A stretch of 64,000 nucleotides of DNA from Candidatus Fervidifonticultor secundus (lineage in GTDB: Bacteria > Sysuimicrobiota > Sysuimicrobiia > Sysuimicrobiales > Humicultoraceae), in assembly GCA_031459385.1 (NCBI GenBank), contig JAVKIP010000013.1:1-64000 (forward strand). The letters run 5' to 3'. Below are positions 49,532-58,717 of this stretch, piece by piece. The number at the start of each line of letters is the position of its first letter. Positions within the stretch are counted from its first letter, which is position 1. The notes beneath the pieces are model-generated. The model did no database searches. It saw only the letters and a list, made by a program, of their open reading frames with translations, and was not told the DNA's origin. The translations under genes were made by a program, and so were the position numbers.

Positions 49532-50023
49532 GTGCCGGGCGCTGCGGCGGGGACGCTCGTCCTCGCCGCAGCCGTGCTGCTGGCGCCCGTGCCCGTGCTC
49601 GAGGTGACCCACGAGAGCACCGGCCGGGTGCTGTGGCGCGTCCCCCTGCGCCAGGGCTCGGTGGTGGAACTGCGCTACACCAGCTCGCTCTTTCGGGTGC
49701 CGGTCGTCGAGCGCTTCACGGTCGAGGGTGGGAGGCTGCGGCTCGTCGAAGTCCTCTCCCCCGCGGACGCGGTCTTCGAGTACCTGCGCATGGACCCACC
49801 CTATGTGCGGCGCGGTCCGTGGCTGGCGGCGACGCCGCAGCAGCCGGTGGAGTTGCCGGCGGTGGTCACCCGCATCGGGCAGACCGGCCAGCAGCGCCTG
49901 CGCGTCGACGGCGCCGAACTGGCGCTCTTTCGCGTCGGCACCGGCGAGGCCGTGCGGATCGCCGTGGAACGCCGGGCCCGCGGGTTCGCGCTGTGGGGGC
50001 GGCAGGCCCTGCCGCAGGAGTAG
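49532..50023 (+). CDS. DUF1850-like protein
   Basis: N-terminal TM, YTSSLFRVPVVERF; usual position between TAXI receptor and permease. Confidence 0.75.
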   Translation: MPGAAAGTLVLAAAVLLAPVPVLEVTHESTGRVLWRVPLRQGSVVELRYTSSLFRVPVVERFTVEGGRLRLVEVLSPADAVFEYLRMDPPYVRRGPWLAATPQQPVELPAVVTRIGQTGQQRLRVDGAELALFRVGTGEAVRIAVERRARGFALWGRQALPQE

Positions 50024-50026
50024 CCG

Positions 50027-52186
50027 ATGACGCCACCTGACGAACTCGAGCCGGCCCTTGCTCGATCCGAGGAAGAGCTCAAGGAGATCGTCGAGGAGTA
50101 CGAGGGCAAGACCCGGCGCCTGACCGGCTGGTGGGGCGCGCTGGTGGTCGCCGTGGGCGTCGCCATGGCCCTCTACCACCTCTACGCCGCGACGGTCCCG
50201 TTCGTCCGCCAGATCCACCTCGTGCGGCACCTGATGTTCGTGCTGTTCTTGAGCTTCCTGCTCTACCCCGGCACGCGGCGGTCCCTGGCACGGACCGCGC
50301 CGACCTGGTGGGACGTGGCGCTGGCCGCGGCGGCCCTGGTGTCTCTGGGCTACATTCTGGTAGACTTCGAAGCCTTCATCTACCGCGCGTACATCCCGAC
50401 CCGGCTGGACATGGTCTTCGGCATCGTCACCATTCTGCTGGTGCTGGAGGCGACGCGGCGCACCGTAGGCAACGCCCTGCTGCTGGTCGTGATCGCCTTC
50501 CTCATCTACGCCTTCATGGGCCCCTGGCTGCCCGAGCCGTGGACGCACCGGGGCTACGACCTCGTCCGCGTCGTGGGCCAGCTCTACATCACGCTCGAGG
50601 GCATCTTCGGCGTACCGCTGGAGGTCTCGGCGACGTTCATCATCCTCTTCACGATCTACGGGGCGGTGCTCGAAGCCTCGGGGGCGGGCAGGTTCTTCGT
50701 GGACCTGGCGCTGGCCCTGACGCGCGGCCGGCGCACCGCACCCGGCCAGGCTACGACGATCGCGTCGTTCCTGCTGGGCGGCCCCTCGGGCAGCGGCGTC
50801 GCCACGACGGTCACCGTGGGCGCCATCACCTACCCGCTGCTGAAGCGGGCCGGCTACAGCCCCGAGTCGGCGGGGGGGCTGCTGTCGGCCGGCGGTATCG
50901 GGGCGGTCATCTCGCCGCCGATCCTGGGGGCGGCGGCGTTCATCATCGCCGAGATCCTCAAGATCTCGTACCTCCAGGTGCTGGTGATGACGATCGTTCC
51001 CACCGTCCTGTACTACTTCTCGATCATGCTGATGATCGAGTTCGACGCACGACGCATGGCGCTGCGGGCGGTGGAGATTCAGGCCGGCGAGGCGCGGGCG
51101 CTGGTGCTGCGGTACTGGTACCTGCTGGCGTCGCTGGTGGTCATTCCGCTGTTTATGGTCATCGGCTTCACAGCCATCAAGGCGGTCACATGGGCGATCG
51201 GGCTGGCCGTGCTCACCAGCTTCCTGCGGCCCGAGACGACGCTGGTGCGCTGGCGGCCGGCCGAGCCGGGTGGGAGCAGCCCGGCCGTCGCAGATCGGCG
51301 CGACCGACCGGCCCGCGGGGCCCGCCGCGGCGGCGTGCCGGCCAGCGGTTGGCTCGCCGGCAAGGTGCTGCGCGCCGGCGCGGCGGGTAGGAGGCTCGGC
51401 AGTGGGGTGCTGCGCGGCGGCCTGCGCCTGGGCAGTCGGGTGTTCGACCCGCGGGGGCTCATCGGCGCGCTGGATGCCGGCAGCCGCCAGGTGCTCAGCG
51501 TGGCCGTCACGTGCGCGGCCGCCGGACTCATCGTGGGCGTCGTGAACCTGACCGGCCTGGGCCTGAAGGTCTCGGACATCATCATCGCCTATGCCGGCGG
51601 CCGCCTGCTGCCGACGCTGATCTACGCCGCCCTGGCGCTGTGGGTGCTGGGCCTGGCCCTCCCGATCACGGCCACGTACATCATCGCGGCGGTGATCGTG
51701 GCGCCCGCCATGACCAAGCTCGGCGTCCCCGAGCTCGCCGCCCACATGTTCATCTTCTACTATGCCATCCTCTCCGAGGTCTCGCCGCCGGTGGGCCTGT
51801 CGCCGCTCGCCGCAGCGGCGTTGACGGGCGGCCGGCCGTTTCGGACGATGATGATGGCGTGGAAGTACACGCTGCCGGCGTTCGTGGTGCCGTTCATGTT
51901 CACGATCCATCGCGACGGCCTGGGCCTGCTCCTCCAGGCACCGTGGCCGGTAGTCGCCCAGGTCACGGTGACGGCGGCTTTCGGCCTGACGGCGCTGGCC
52001 GGCGCGCTGGCGGGCTGGTTCCTCCGGCAGGCCACGGTACCGGAACGGCTGGTGCTGGCAGCGGCCGGCCTCGTGCTGATCTACCCTGCCGGCGCGCAGG
52101 ATCTGGTGGCGATCGCGGCCGTGCTGGCGGTTGGGATCGTGCAGTGGGTGACGCGCACCCGGCAGGTGGCGGTCACGCGGGGGTGA
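50027..52186 (+). CDS. TRAP fused 4TM/12TM permease
   Basis: EATRR, EGIFGVPL, SGSGVA, PPILGAAAF, VSPPV. Confidence 0.93.
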   Translation: MTPPDELEPALARSEEELKEIVEEYEGKTRRLTGWWGALVVAVGVAMALYHLYAATVPFVRQIHLVRHLMFVLFLSFLLYPGTRRSLARTAPTWWDVALAAAALVSLGYILVDFEAFIYRAYIPTRLDMVFGIVTILLVLEATRRTVGNALLLVVIAFLIYAFMGPWLPEPWTHRGYDLVRVVGQLYITLEGIFGVPLEVSATFIILFTIYGAVLEASGAGRFFVDLALALTRGRRTAPGQATTIASFLLGGPSGSGVATTVTVGAITYPLLKRAGYSPESAGGLLSAGGIGAVISPPILGAAAFIIAEILKISYLQVLVMTIVPTVLYYFSIMLMIEFDARRMALRAVEIQAGEARALVLRYWYLLASLVVIPLFMVIGFTAIKAVTWAIGLAVLTSFLRPETTLVRWRPAEPGGSSPAVADRRDRPARGARRGGVPASGWLAGKVLRAGAAGRRLGSGVLRGGLRLGSRVFDPRGLIGALDAGSRQVLSVAVTCAAAGLIVGVVNLTGLGLKVSDIIIAYAGGRLLPTLIYAALALWVLGLALPITATYIIAAVIVAPAMTKLGVPELAAHMFIFYYAILSEVSPPVGLSPLAAAALTGGRPFRTMMMAWKYTLPAFVVPFMFTIHRDGLGLLLQAPWPVVAQVTVTAAFGLTALAGALAGWFLRQATVPERLVLAAAGLVLIYPAGAQDLVAIAAVLAVGIVQWVTRTRQVAVTRG

Positions 52187-52191
52187 GAGCG

Positions 52192-52578
52192 ATGCCGGAA
52201 GAGGATCGGAGCGCGGCGGCGGGCCAGACTGCAGCGGCCGGTCAGACCGGCGCAGAGGCGGGCGCGGCGGCGGGCCAGACTGCAGCGGCCGGTCAGACCG
52301 GCGCAGAGGCGGGCCCGGCCCCGCCTGTGCTGGACGTCGTGCAGACGTTCCTCAGCGTGCTGGCTGCCCGCGCCTGGCAGCACATGGGTCTGGTGCCCGA
52401 CCCCGGGAGCGGCAAGGTCGAGCGCAGGCTCGACGAGGCGCAGGTGGCCATCGATGCGGCCGCGGCCCTGGCCGAGGTGCTGCGCCCGCGGGTAGAAGAG
52501 CGCGACCGGCGCGAGATCGAGACCCTCATCACCAATCTGCGCCTGAACTTCGTCGAGCAGAAGAGCCGGGCGCAGTAA
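52192..52578 (+). CDS. DUF1844-like protein
   Basis: AWQHMGLVPDP, LDEAQVAID, LRLNFVE. Confidence 0.8.
   Translation: MPEEDRSAAAGQTAAAGQTGAEAGAAAGQTAAAGQTGAEAGPAPPVLDVVQTFLSVLAARAWQHMGLVPDPGSGKVERRLDEAQVAIDAAAALAEVLRPRVEERDRREIETLITNLRLNFVEQKSRAQ
52211..52312 (+). repeat. Perfect 51-bp tandem duplication, in frame
   Basis: 52211-52261 is identical to 52262-52312; encodes AAAGQTAAAGQTGAEAG twice. Confidence 0.9.
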
Positions 52579-52619
52579 GGGCAGCCGGTGGCCGCGTACG
52601 CCGAGGTGGCCGCGGACAC

Positions 52620-53357
52620 GTGCACGTGATCCCCGCCGCATCCTACGTGCGGCTCAAGCATGCGCTGAGCGCGCTGGCGCTGGACGCGGTGCGCGGACGG
52701 CCGGCCGCGCGCGCGGCCGCACGGCGGCTGGAGGCGTTCTGGCTCGCGGAGGGGACTCCAGACGGCCTGCGCGCCGCCCCGGGCGGCCCCGGCCTCCACG
52801 CGGTCCCCGGCGGCCGCGGGAACGCTGGCCGCGGTGACGCCGGCCTCCGCCGTCTGCTGCGTGACGGGCTGCTCGAGCGCAGCGGCGGCTCGCTCGCCTT
52901 CCCCGAGGGCTACCGGCCCCACGCGGCCTACGCCCGCCGCCAGGCGCTGCGGCTGGCCGGCGCCCTGCGCGCGCTGGACGCCCGACCGCGCCGACGCGGT
53001 CATCGTGCCGCGGTCGCCCGGGGTGCGGCGCTGTTCGACGCGGGCCTCTTCTTCGAGTGCCACGAGTTCTTCGAAGAGATCTGGCGGCGCGCACTGCCGG
53101 CCGACCGTGCATTCTACCAGGGCATCATCCTGGTCGCGGCCGCCTTCTATCACTATGAGAAGGGCACCGCGCACGGGGCACGGGTGAAGCTGGCCGAAGG
53201 GATGAAGCGACTGCGCCGCTGCCCGCCGGTGCACCGGGGCGTGCGCGTCGACGCCTGGCTCGAGCGGCTGGAGCCGTGGATGGTCCGCGTGGCAGGCGGC
53301 GAGGCGGGGCGGGCACTGGCCGCGCACGAGATCCCGACGATCCCGCTGGCAGACTGA
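52620..53357 (+). CDS. DUF309-domain protein with N-terminal extension
   Basis: LFDAGLFFECHEFFEEIW, YQGII. Confidence 0.85.
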   Translation: MHVIPAASYVRLKHALSALALDAVRGRPAARAAARRLEAFWLAEGTPDGLRAAPGGPGLHAVPGGRGNAGRGDAGLRRLLRDGLLERSGGSLAFPEGYRPHAAYARRQALRLAGALRALDARPRRRGHRAAVARGAALFDAGLFFECHEFFEEIWRRALPADRAFYQGIILVAAAFYHYEKGTAHGARVKLAEGMKRLRRCPPVHRGVRVDAWLERLEPWMVRVAGGEAGRALAAHEIPTIPLAD

Positions 53358-53412
53358 CCGGGGCGATCGTGGCCCCGCAGACGCCGACGCCCGCATGACC
53401 GGGGCTGGCCCT

Positions 53413-54474
53413 CTACGCCGGCGGCGCCATGCCCAACGCCGCGGCGACCTTCTCCACTTCCGCCACCACGTGCGGCGGCAGCGGGATGCCCGCGGCCGCG
53501 TACTCCACCGCGCGGGTGTGCTCGATCTCGCCGGGCAGGTACACGCGATCGACGCCGTCGGCCGCCGGCAGCGCACGCACACTGCGGATCAGGGCGTCCA
53601 CCCGCGTCGTGAACTGCTCGAAGGGCACGAACGCCTCCACCGCGATGGCGATGCAGAGATGGCCCAAGCCCTGGGCACGGTCCAGCTCGTCGTAGAGCGA
53701 CGCGATCTCCGGCCCCGAGCGCGCGCCCGTGAGCAGTCCGGCCAGAATGTCCGCGGCGAGCGCCAGCCCCGACCCCTTTGGCCCGCCCAGCGGCAACAGT
53801 GCGCCCGTCAGCGCCGCCACCGGGTCGGTGGTGGGCCGGCCGTCGCGGTCGAGGGCCCAGCCCAGGGGAATCGCCTCGCCGCGCGCCGCCGCGGCCTGGA
53901 TGCGGCTGTGCGGTACGACGCTCGTGGCCATGTCGAGGACCACCGGCGGCTCGTGGCCCGCAGGCACCGCGATCGCCAGGGGATTGGTGCCGAGGAATGC
54001 CGCCCGCGTGCCCCATGGCGCCACCTGCGCGTCGGCGTTGGTCAGCACCACGCCGATCGCGCCACGGGCCACCGCCCGCAGCGCCGGATAGGCCAGCATC
54101 CCGCAGTGGCTGCTGTTGCGGACACCAACGGCAGCGATGCCGTGACGGGCCGCCCGGTCCAGCGTCAGGTCCATCGCGCGCACGACCGCCGGAATGCCGA
54201 GCCCGGCGCCCGCGTCCAGCAGCACCGCCGCACCCCCGTCGCGCACGACCGACAGGACGGCGTCAGGGTCGAACGAGCGGCGCCGCAGGCGCGCCACGTA
54301 GACGCCCAGCCGCACCACGCCGTGCGTGTGGACGCCCCGCAGGTCGGCGGCTACCAGACCGTCGGCGGTGATGCGGGCGTCCTCGGGCCGGGCGCCCGCC
54401 AGTCCCAGCGCGCGCCCGGCGAACGCGCGGAGCACGTCGGCTTTGTACCGCCTGGTGCGCGCGTCCATCCCCAC
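53413..54474 (-). CDS. Ldh_2 family NAD(P)-dependent oxidoreductase (AllD/ComC-like)
   Basis: DLRGVHTHG, NSSHCG, GTNPLA, DMATS, GPKGSG, YLPGE. Confidence 0.92.
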   Translation of the reverse strand: MGMDARTRRYKADVLRAFAGRALGLAGARPEDARITADGLVAADLRGVHTHGVVRLGVYVARLRRRSFDPDAVLSVVRDGGAAVLLDAGAGLGIPAVVRAMDLTLDRAARHGIAAVGVRNSSHCGMLAYPALRAVARGAIGVVLTNADAQVAPWGTRAAFLGTNPLAIAVPAGHEPPVVLDMATSVVPHSRIQAAAARGEAIPLGWALDRDGRPTTDPVAALTGALLPLGGPKGSGLALAADILAGLLTGARSGPEIASLYDELDRAQGLGHLCIAIAVEAFVPFEQFTTRVDALIRSVRALPAADGVDRVYLPGEIEHTRAVEYAAAGIPLPPHVVAEVEKVAAALGMAPPA

Positions 54475-54550
54475 GGCTTCCTCCAGACTCTCCAGAACGT
54501 CTTCCTACGGCTTCCACCTGAGCCCCACGCGCCCTGCTCGTTGCGGTGGC

Positions 54551-54620
54551 CCCCGGGGCTCCCTGAGCAATCCCCGGAGCTACCTGGGTATTCCCGGGGC
54601 CACCTGGGTGATCCCAGAGG
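54551..54620. repeat. Degenerate 20-bp tandem repeat (10-bp sub-period) upstream of the tRNA promoter
   Basis: CCCCGGGGCTCCCTGAGCAAT / CCCCGGAGCTACCTGGGTAT / TCCCGGGGCCACCTGGGTGA / TCCCAGAGG. Confidence 0.6.
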
Positions 54621-54638
54621 CTGCTCCCGGGCTGCGCC

Positions 54639-54666
54639 TTGACAGGTCCCCGGGCTGTGTTACGCT
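54639..54666 (+). promoter_or_regulatory. Sigma70-type promoter of tRNA-Ser
   Basis: TTGACA, 16-bp spacer, TACGCT. Confidence 0.65.
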
Positions 54667-54722
54667 AGGCTCGCCGGTGCGGTGATTTCGTCCGACGTCC
54701 TAATCGCGCGGAGTTGCGTCGC

Positions 54723-54817
54723 GGAGGAGTACGGTAGCCCGGTAACCGGCCCGCCTGCTAAGCGGGTGGGCGAGTGTTGAGCTCGCCTCGCGGGTTCAAA
54801 TCCCGCCTCCTCCGCCA
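54723..54817 (+). tRNA. tRNA-Ser(GCT)
   Basis: Acceptor GGAGGAG/CTCCTCC, anticodon arm CCCGC-CTGCTAA-GCGGG, long variable arm, T-loop TTCAAAT, G discriminator, encoded CCA. Confidence 0.95.
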
Positions 54818-55001
54818 TTCCAGGGTCGACAGCCCGGAGACGCGGAGAGCGGCAGCATCAACGGCGGCCCGATGAAGTGGCCCATGCCAGGCCGAGCGAC
54901 CGCCGTAGCCGGTCGACCGGGCAGCTGGTAGAATGAAGCCATCAATCGGCGCGGGGCTGGTCCCGATCCCAGACGGGAGGTTGGAGCCGGTTCCGGAACG
55001 C

Positions 55002-55077
55002 GCGCCCGTAGCTCAGCGGATAGAGCGTTGGCCTGCGGAGCCAAAGGTCGTGGGTTCAAGTCCCGCCGGGCGCGCCA
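55002..55077 (+). tRNA. tRNA-Arg(GCG)
   Basis: Acceptor GCGCCCG/CGGGCGC, D-arm GCTC/GAGC, anticodon arm TTGGC-CTGCGGA-GCCAA, T-loop TTCAAGT, encoded CCA. Confidence 0.95.
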
Positions 55078-55099
55078 ATCCAGTCCCGGGGCGCTCATA

Positions 55100-55410
55100 G
55101 ATTCTCCGCTGCGGGGCTTTACCATGCGGACCCCGAGACACCCCCCCGACGTGCCCACCGAGGAGGAGCTGCGTGCGGTGCTCGCGGCCTGTCCCGAGAC
55201 GCTGGAAGGTGTGCGCAACCGCACCATGGTCCTGGTGCTCGCTGACAGCGCCCTGCGCGCCGGCGAGTTCTACACTGCTGATCGAGGATTGGCGGCCGGC
55301 TGATCGCGGCCTGTTCGTGCGGGCCGGGAAGGGCCGCAAGACCGGGTGGCGTTTGTCGGGCCAATGGCCGCACGGGCGCTGAAGACGTGGCTGGCGCTCC
55401 ACCCTGCGCT
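55100..55410 (+). pseudogene. Tyrosine recombinase/integrase remnant (frameshifted, truncated)
   Basis: PDVPTEEELRAVLAAC...RNRTMVLVLADSALRAGE / LLIED...VRAGKGRK / VAFVG..AARALKTWL in three frames; no HxxR or Tyr part. Confidence 0.8.
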
Positions 55411-55556
55411 TTCCCAGAATTGGGTGGATGCTGTCGTATGGAATCGCCTACGCGCCGCGCTGCGGCGCGAGCTCGAGCAGTTGCTCGCCGCCATCCGCAG
55501 CCGCGACGGGGAACAGGCGCCGAATGACGCGTCAGGCGGCCGACCACTGTGGCGCG

Positions 55557-58202
55557 TCAGCGTAGGGAATCGGATGACGGTGTCCCGCCGGGGGTGTCGG
55601 CCAAGCCTCGGCCCGCGCTCGTGAGGCCGAGGCGGTAGGCAGCGGCCACAGCTTCGGTGCGCGTGTGCACGTTGAGCTTCCTGAGGACAGCCGAAACGTG
55701 GTGGTCCACGGTCTTGAGCGAGAGGAACAGGCGGGTGGCGATCCCCGCGTTCGGTAGGCCTTCCGCCAACAGCGCCAGGACCTCGAGCTCGCGGGCGGTG
55801 AGGCCTGCCGGATTACCCCGCGTGGCCATCCGAGAGCCGCGGGGAATGCCACGGACGCCCCGGGCGCGCATGACGCGCCGCAGCAGGTCGATCGCCGGCC
55901 TGGCGTCCAGTTCCTCGAAGATCTCCAGCGCAGAGCGCTGCGCGGCCTCATCGCCCTCGGAGAGGGCCATCGCCTGCTCGTAGGGACATCCCAGCCGCGC
56001 CCACGCGTCGGCCGCCGCGCGCCACTCACCGCGGATCTGCATCGCGAACGGTTGGGCGCTCTGCTCGGGGAGCGCCGACAGCGCTCCCGCCTTCCAGAGC
56101 CAGTACGCCAATTCGCCGACGGCCCAGCGGCTGCCGAGACGCCGCGCCAGAGTGAGGGTCGGCTCGACGAGGGCCGGGATGCGGTCGGCCTGTCCTGAGA
56201 GCCAGGCGAACTCGGCCCGCCCGGCCGCGGCGGGCCACAGGCGCTGGAGGTCGCCGGTCACCTCGGCCAGGCGCCAGGCTTCGTCGAGGGCCTCGGCGGC
56301 CTGCGGGTCGCCGCGTCGCGCCCGGATGCGCCCGAGGACCGTGAACGCCACGATTGGGGTGATGGGCCAGACGCCCGGCTTCGACGCCACCTGCGCGGCC
56401 AGCTCGCCGGCCTCCGCCCACCGGCCCTGCTCGAACCGCACGCGCGCGAGCCAGGCCGTGGCGTAGTGCACCTGCGCGTCCAGGTCCCGCTGCGACGAGA
56501 ACGCGATCGTCTCCTCCAGGTAGCGAATTGCGGTCGGGTAGTCGCGGATCTCGCCGGACGCGCTGCCCAGGTTGCCGAGGGCGCCGGAGGCAGCGATGTC
56601 GAGACCCGCCTCCTTCGCGACGCGGAAGCTCTCTTCGAGCCTCGCGATCCCCTCGCGGCGTTCCAGCAGCACGATCTCCGTAGACCCGACCGCGTTCAGG
56701 GCCCGCGCCAGGGCCTGGGTCGCGCCGATGCGGCGGGCCAGCTCGATCGCCTTCGTCCCCCACTCGATGACGGCGCGGGCATCGCGGGCGAGCATGCCAA
56801 GGGAGCTGCGCGTGGCGTAGGCCGTCGCGAGCTCGGGCCCGTGCGGCAGAGGCTCCAGCAGGTCGATCGCCTCCTGCGCGTGCGCCGCGGCCTCGGCGCT
56901 ACGCCATGCGCTCCACAGGATCATCGCATACTCCGCCAGGGCCGCACCCTCGCGCACCCGGTCGCCCATCCGGCGCCGGATCTCCAGCACCTGCGCGCGC
57001 GCCTCCAGCGCCTCGGGGATGTGGTCGGTCGCCCGGGCTTCGACCGCATAGCCTTCGTACAGCGCGGCCAGCGCCTCCGGCTCGAGCCGCGCAGCGAAGC
57101 GTAGCGCCCGCGCGTACTGCTCGAAGGCCTGGCGGTGCGCGCCGCGGGCCGCCGCGTCGTGCGCGGCCGCGGCGGCGTGCCGGAGCACCGCCTCCCCGTC
57201 GCCCGCCACCTCGGCGTGGTACGCGAGCCGTGCTGGATCGGCGCCCGCCTCCCGCTCGAGCGCGGCCAGGGCGCGAGCGTGGAGGCGGCGCCGCTCGTCC
57301 GGCGGCACGGTGTCCTCGACGGCCAGGCGGGTGAGTTCGTGCCGAAACCGGAGGGTGTGGCCCTCGTCCACCAGGACCCCGGTGCCCAGGCACTCGGCGA
57401 CGGCGTCGTCGGGGGCGTGCGTCATCTGGGCCAGCAGCCGACGCTCCACGCGGCCCGGCACGACCGCGGCGGCCTCTGCCACCCGTCGCGCGGCCGCGGA
57501 GAGCCGCGAGGTGCGCGCGAGCACCGCGTCGCGGACTGTGACCGGGAGGCCTCGCGCCGGGCTCGCCAGGATCTCGGTGACGTAGAACGGATTGCCGCCG
57601 GTGACCGCGTAGAGTCCTTCGGCGGACCGGCCGGCGCGTCGCGCCAGCGCGGCGACCGCGGCTTCCGAGAGGGGCGGGAGCCACACCCGCGTCACGCTGG
57701 CTGCCGGGAGGTCGCCCAGCACGCGCCGGAGCGGGTGGCTGGCGGTCACCTCGTCGTCGCGATACGTGAGGATCAGCATCGCCCGCGTCCGGTGGATTCG
57801 CCGTCCCACGAACTTAACCAAGTCGAGGGTGGCTTCGTCGGCCCAGTGGACGTCCTCGAACACGACGAGGGTGGGCCGCGTGGCCGCGCGGAGGTCGTTG
57901 AGGAAGGCCGTGAAGATGGCGGTCCGAGGGGCCTGGGTCTCGAGGAGCGAGAGCAGGTTCGACCGCTCCTGCAGGGCGATGTCGTGCAGCGGGCCTAGCG
58001 GCCGCGGGGTGAACAGCGCCTCGCACCCGCCCCAGAGCGCGCGCACGGCGTCGCGGTGTGCCGAGACGAAGTGCTCGACGAGGACGCTCTTGCCGATGCC
58101 GGCCTCGCCGAACACCAACGCCACGCGGCCCTCGCCGCCGGCCGTGACGCTGAAGGCCCGGCCGAGATCGGCGAGCTGGGCACCCCGCTCGAGTAGCTCC
58201 AT
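55557..58202 (-). CDS. Large ATP-binding LuxR-family (MalT-like STAND) regulator
   Basis: LLER start, Walker A GEAGIGKS, FEDVHWAD, TGGNPF, FRHEL, TPR-like helices, LTARELEVL...KTVDHHVS HTH. Confidence 0.93.
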   Translation of the reverse strand: MELLERGAQLADLGRAFSVTAGGEGRVALVFGEAGIGKSVLVEHFVSAHRDAVRALWGGCEALFTPRPLGPLHDIALQERSNLLSLLETQAPRTAIFTAFLNDLRAATRPTLVVFEDVHWADEATLDLVKFVGRRIHRTRAMLILTYRDDEVTASHPLRRVLGDLPAASVTRVWLPPLSEAAVAALARRAGRSAEGLYAVTGGNPFYVTEILASPARGLPVTVRDAVLARTSRLSAAARRVAEAAAVVPGRVERRLLAQMTHAPDDAVAECLGTGVLVDEGHTLRFRHELTRLAVEDTVPPDERRRLHARALAALEREAGADPARLAYHAEVAGDGEAVLRHAAAAAHDAAARGAHRQAFEQYARALRFAARLEPEALAALYEGYAVEARATDHIPEALEARAQVLEIRRRMGDRVREGAALAEYAMILWSAWRSAEAAAHAQEAIDLLEPLPHGPELATAYATRSSLGMLARDARAVIEWGTKAIELARRIGATQALARALNAVGSTEIVLLERREGIARLEESFRVAKEAGLDIAASGALGNLGSASGEIRDYPTAIRYLEETIAFSSQRDLDAQVHYATAWLARVRFEQGRWAEAGELAAQVASKPGVWPITPIVAFTVLGRIRARRGDPQAAEALDEAWRLAEVTGDLQRLWPAAAGRAEFAWLSGQADRIPALVEPTLTLARRLGSRWAVGELAYWLWKAGALSALPEQSAQPFAMQIRGEWRAAADAWARLGCPYEQAMALSEGDEAAQRSALEIFEELDARPAIDLLRRVMRARGVRGIPRGSRMATRGNPAGLTARELEVLALLAEGLPNAGIATRLFLSLKTVDHHVSAVLRKLNVHTRTEAVAAAYRLGLTSAGRGLADTPGGTPSSDSLR

Positions 58203-58304
58203 GGGACTCCCCGCCACGCGGTTTGCCGCCGGACGCGTCTGTGCCTCCATCCTCGGCCGGTGAGCGCGGACCCTCGCGCGACGCCGGCCGCCTCGCGCGC
58301 CGGC

Positions 58305-58350
58305 AAAGATAGGGAGCCGCGCCCGCCAATCTGGGGAGCCTTCCCGATGC
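58305..58350 (+). promoter_or_regulatory. Direct repeats with 22-bp spacing, candidate binding sites for the STAND-LuxR regulator
   Basis: AAAGATAGGGAGCC (58305-58318) and CAATCTGGGGAGCC (58327-58340). Confidence 0.5.
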
Positions 58351-58411
58351 GGCCGATCCTGGTGGGCGGCTATCCTCGCGGCAGACATCGATCCGCAGGA
58401 GGAGGGAGAAC

Positions 58412-58684
58412 ATGCCGCGCTACCTGGTGGAGCGCACGTTTTCCGACGGCCTGGCCATCCCGATGACCGAGGAGGGTACGGCCGTCTGCCGGACCGTCGT
58501 AGCCAACAACGCCGAGGACCTGGTCACCTGGGTGCACTCGTACGTGACCCCCGACAAGACGAAGACCTTCTGCATCTACGACGGTCCCTCGCCGGAGGCG
58601 ATCCGGCGTGCCGCGCGCCGGAACAACCTGCCGGTCGACCGGATCACCGAGGTCAGCGTGCTCGATCCCTACTTCTACCGGTAA
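58412..58684 (+). CDS. DUF4242 (SCO4226-like) protein
   Basis: MPRYLVERTF, WVHSYV, KTFCIYDGPSPEAIR, LPVDRITEV; AGGAGG RBS. Confidence 0.9.
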   Translation: MPRYLVERTFSDGLAIPMTEEGTAVCRTVVANNAEDLVTWVHSYVTPDKTKTFCIYDGPSPEAIRRAARRNNLPVDRITEVSVLDPYFYR

Positions 58685-58717
58685 GCGATCCGCAAGACCG
58701 TCGAGGAGGTGGAACAG

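Noticed and set aside
54551..54620. Possible mini CRISPR array
   Set aside because: Units are contiguous, short and degenerate, with no spacers or cas genes
54723..54817. tRNA-Sec, because of the long variable arm
   Set aside because: Anticodon is GCT and the acceptor stem is 7 bp, so it is a normal tRNA-Ser
54818..55001. Possible ncRNA between the two tRNAs
   Set aside because: No recognisable family motif; only a TAGAAT -10-like hexamer
55558..55580. GTAGGGAATC near the luxR 3' end, resembling the 58308 box
   Set aside because: Single short partial match with no downstream target gene
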